Positions 63,522 through 64,000 of a stretch of 64,000 nt of DNA are shown piece after piece. Numbering within the stretch: position 1 is the first letter of the stretch; every line of letters starts with the position of its first letter. The notes below the pieces were generated by a model. It ran no database searches. It was not told where the DNA came from and worked only from the letters and a program-made list of their open reading frames with translations. The DNA comes from Thecamonas trahens ATCC 50062 (Eukaryota; Protista; Apusomonadida). The position numbers were made by a program, and so were the translations under genes. The stretch lies in the NCBI RefSeq assembly GCF_000142905.1, contig NW_013657675.1, positions 310,001 to 374,000 of the forward strand, written 5' to 3'.

Positions 63522-64000
63522 ATGGGTGTGCTCCTGGTCTCAGTCGGCCAGGCTGGCAACGCGGTGGCCGGCGAGGTGTGGAAGGTGCTGAGGCCAGTCC
63601 TGGGCCCACACGCCGCGCTGTGGACGTACGCCGAGGACGGTGCGGTCCGGGCGGTGGCAGTCGACTCAGAGCCCAAGGTGGTTGCTGCGCTTTCGAGCGA
63701 TGCCCGCCCCAAGCCGCGATCGGTGGTGGTTGGCCAGTCGGGTCGCGGCAACAACTGGGCGTTCGGCTATGCGGGCCTGCCGGGCGACAACCTGCTCGAT
63801 CGCGCCCTCGAAGCCATCCGTGTCGAGATCGAAGCTGCTGCCTTTGTCGGCGCCATCTTTGTTCTGCATGCCATCGGCGGTGGCACCGGCTCGGGACTCG
63901 GTTCGGCTTTGCTTGGCTCGATTCGCCAGGACTACCCGTCGACCCCGCTGTTCTCGGTCGCCATCGCCCCGTTTGCCACGGGCGACACGCCGCTGCAGCA
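63522..64000 (+). CDS. Zeta(eta)-type tubulin of the delta/zeta clade, 5' portion; runs off the window
   Basis: Translated by hand: MGVLLVSVGQAGNAV...VDSEPKVV...GRGNNWAFGY...GGGTGSGLGS...GDTPLQ. DSEPK, GRGNNW and PLQ favour zeta over delta. Confidence 0.85.
   Translation, partial: MGVLLVSVGQAGNAVAGEVWKVLRPVLGPHAALWTYAEDGAVRAVAVDSEPKVVAALSSDARPKPRSVVVGQSGRGNNWAFGYAGLPGDNLLDRALEAIRVEIEAAAFVGAIFVLHAIGGGTGSGLGSALLGSIRQDYPSTPLFSVAIAPFATGDTPLQ

Overview
A GC-rich, gene-dense, intron-poor eukaryotic window. Short GT-AG introns have GTACGT/GTAAGT/GTAGGT donors and ACTCAC/ACTGAC/GCTAAC branch sites, and poly-G/C tracts fill the non-coding DNA. Ciliary and basal-body genes (NPHP1, TMEM107, zeta-type tubulin) point to a flagellated protist; an apusomonad such as Thecamonas trahens is my best guess, unverified. 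About 31 protein-coding genes can be supported. I found no RNA genes, CRISPR arrays or mobile elements; there is one 302-N assembly gap. The standout is an intronless 8.2-kb iterative type I PKS (17931-26105) with the bacterial enediyne-PKS (PKSE) architecture KS-AT-ACP-KR-DH-PPTase plus two fused SgcE10/DynE7-like hot-dog thioesterase domains. It sits head-to-head with an ABCG exporter and tail-to-tail with a FATP-type acyl-CoA synthetase, which suggests a compact eukaryotic polyene/polyketide gene cluster. Other notable items: (1) a receptor kinase with a bacterial-type sugar-binding ectodomain and a degenerate cyclase-like domain; (2) a probable PB1-MAP3K-EF1B(GEF) fusion; (3) a head-to-head NDC80/MadBub pair whose shared promoter has CHR, E2F and MYB/MSA-like motifs; (4) a MadBub pseudokinase with duplicated CD1 and multiplied ABBA motifs; (5) a SNARE-like half-motif inside a VIT-vWA protein; (6) six genes each broken by a single missing base, most likely assembly errors. 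All calls come from motif recognition by eye, with no database searches.
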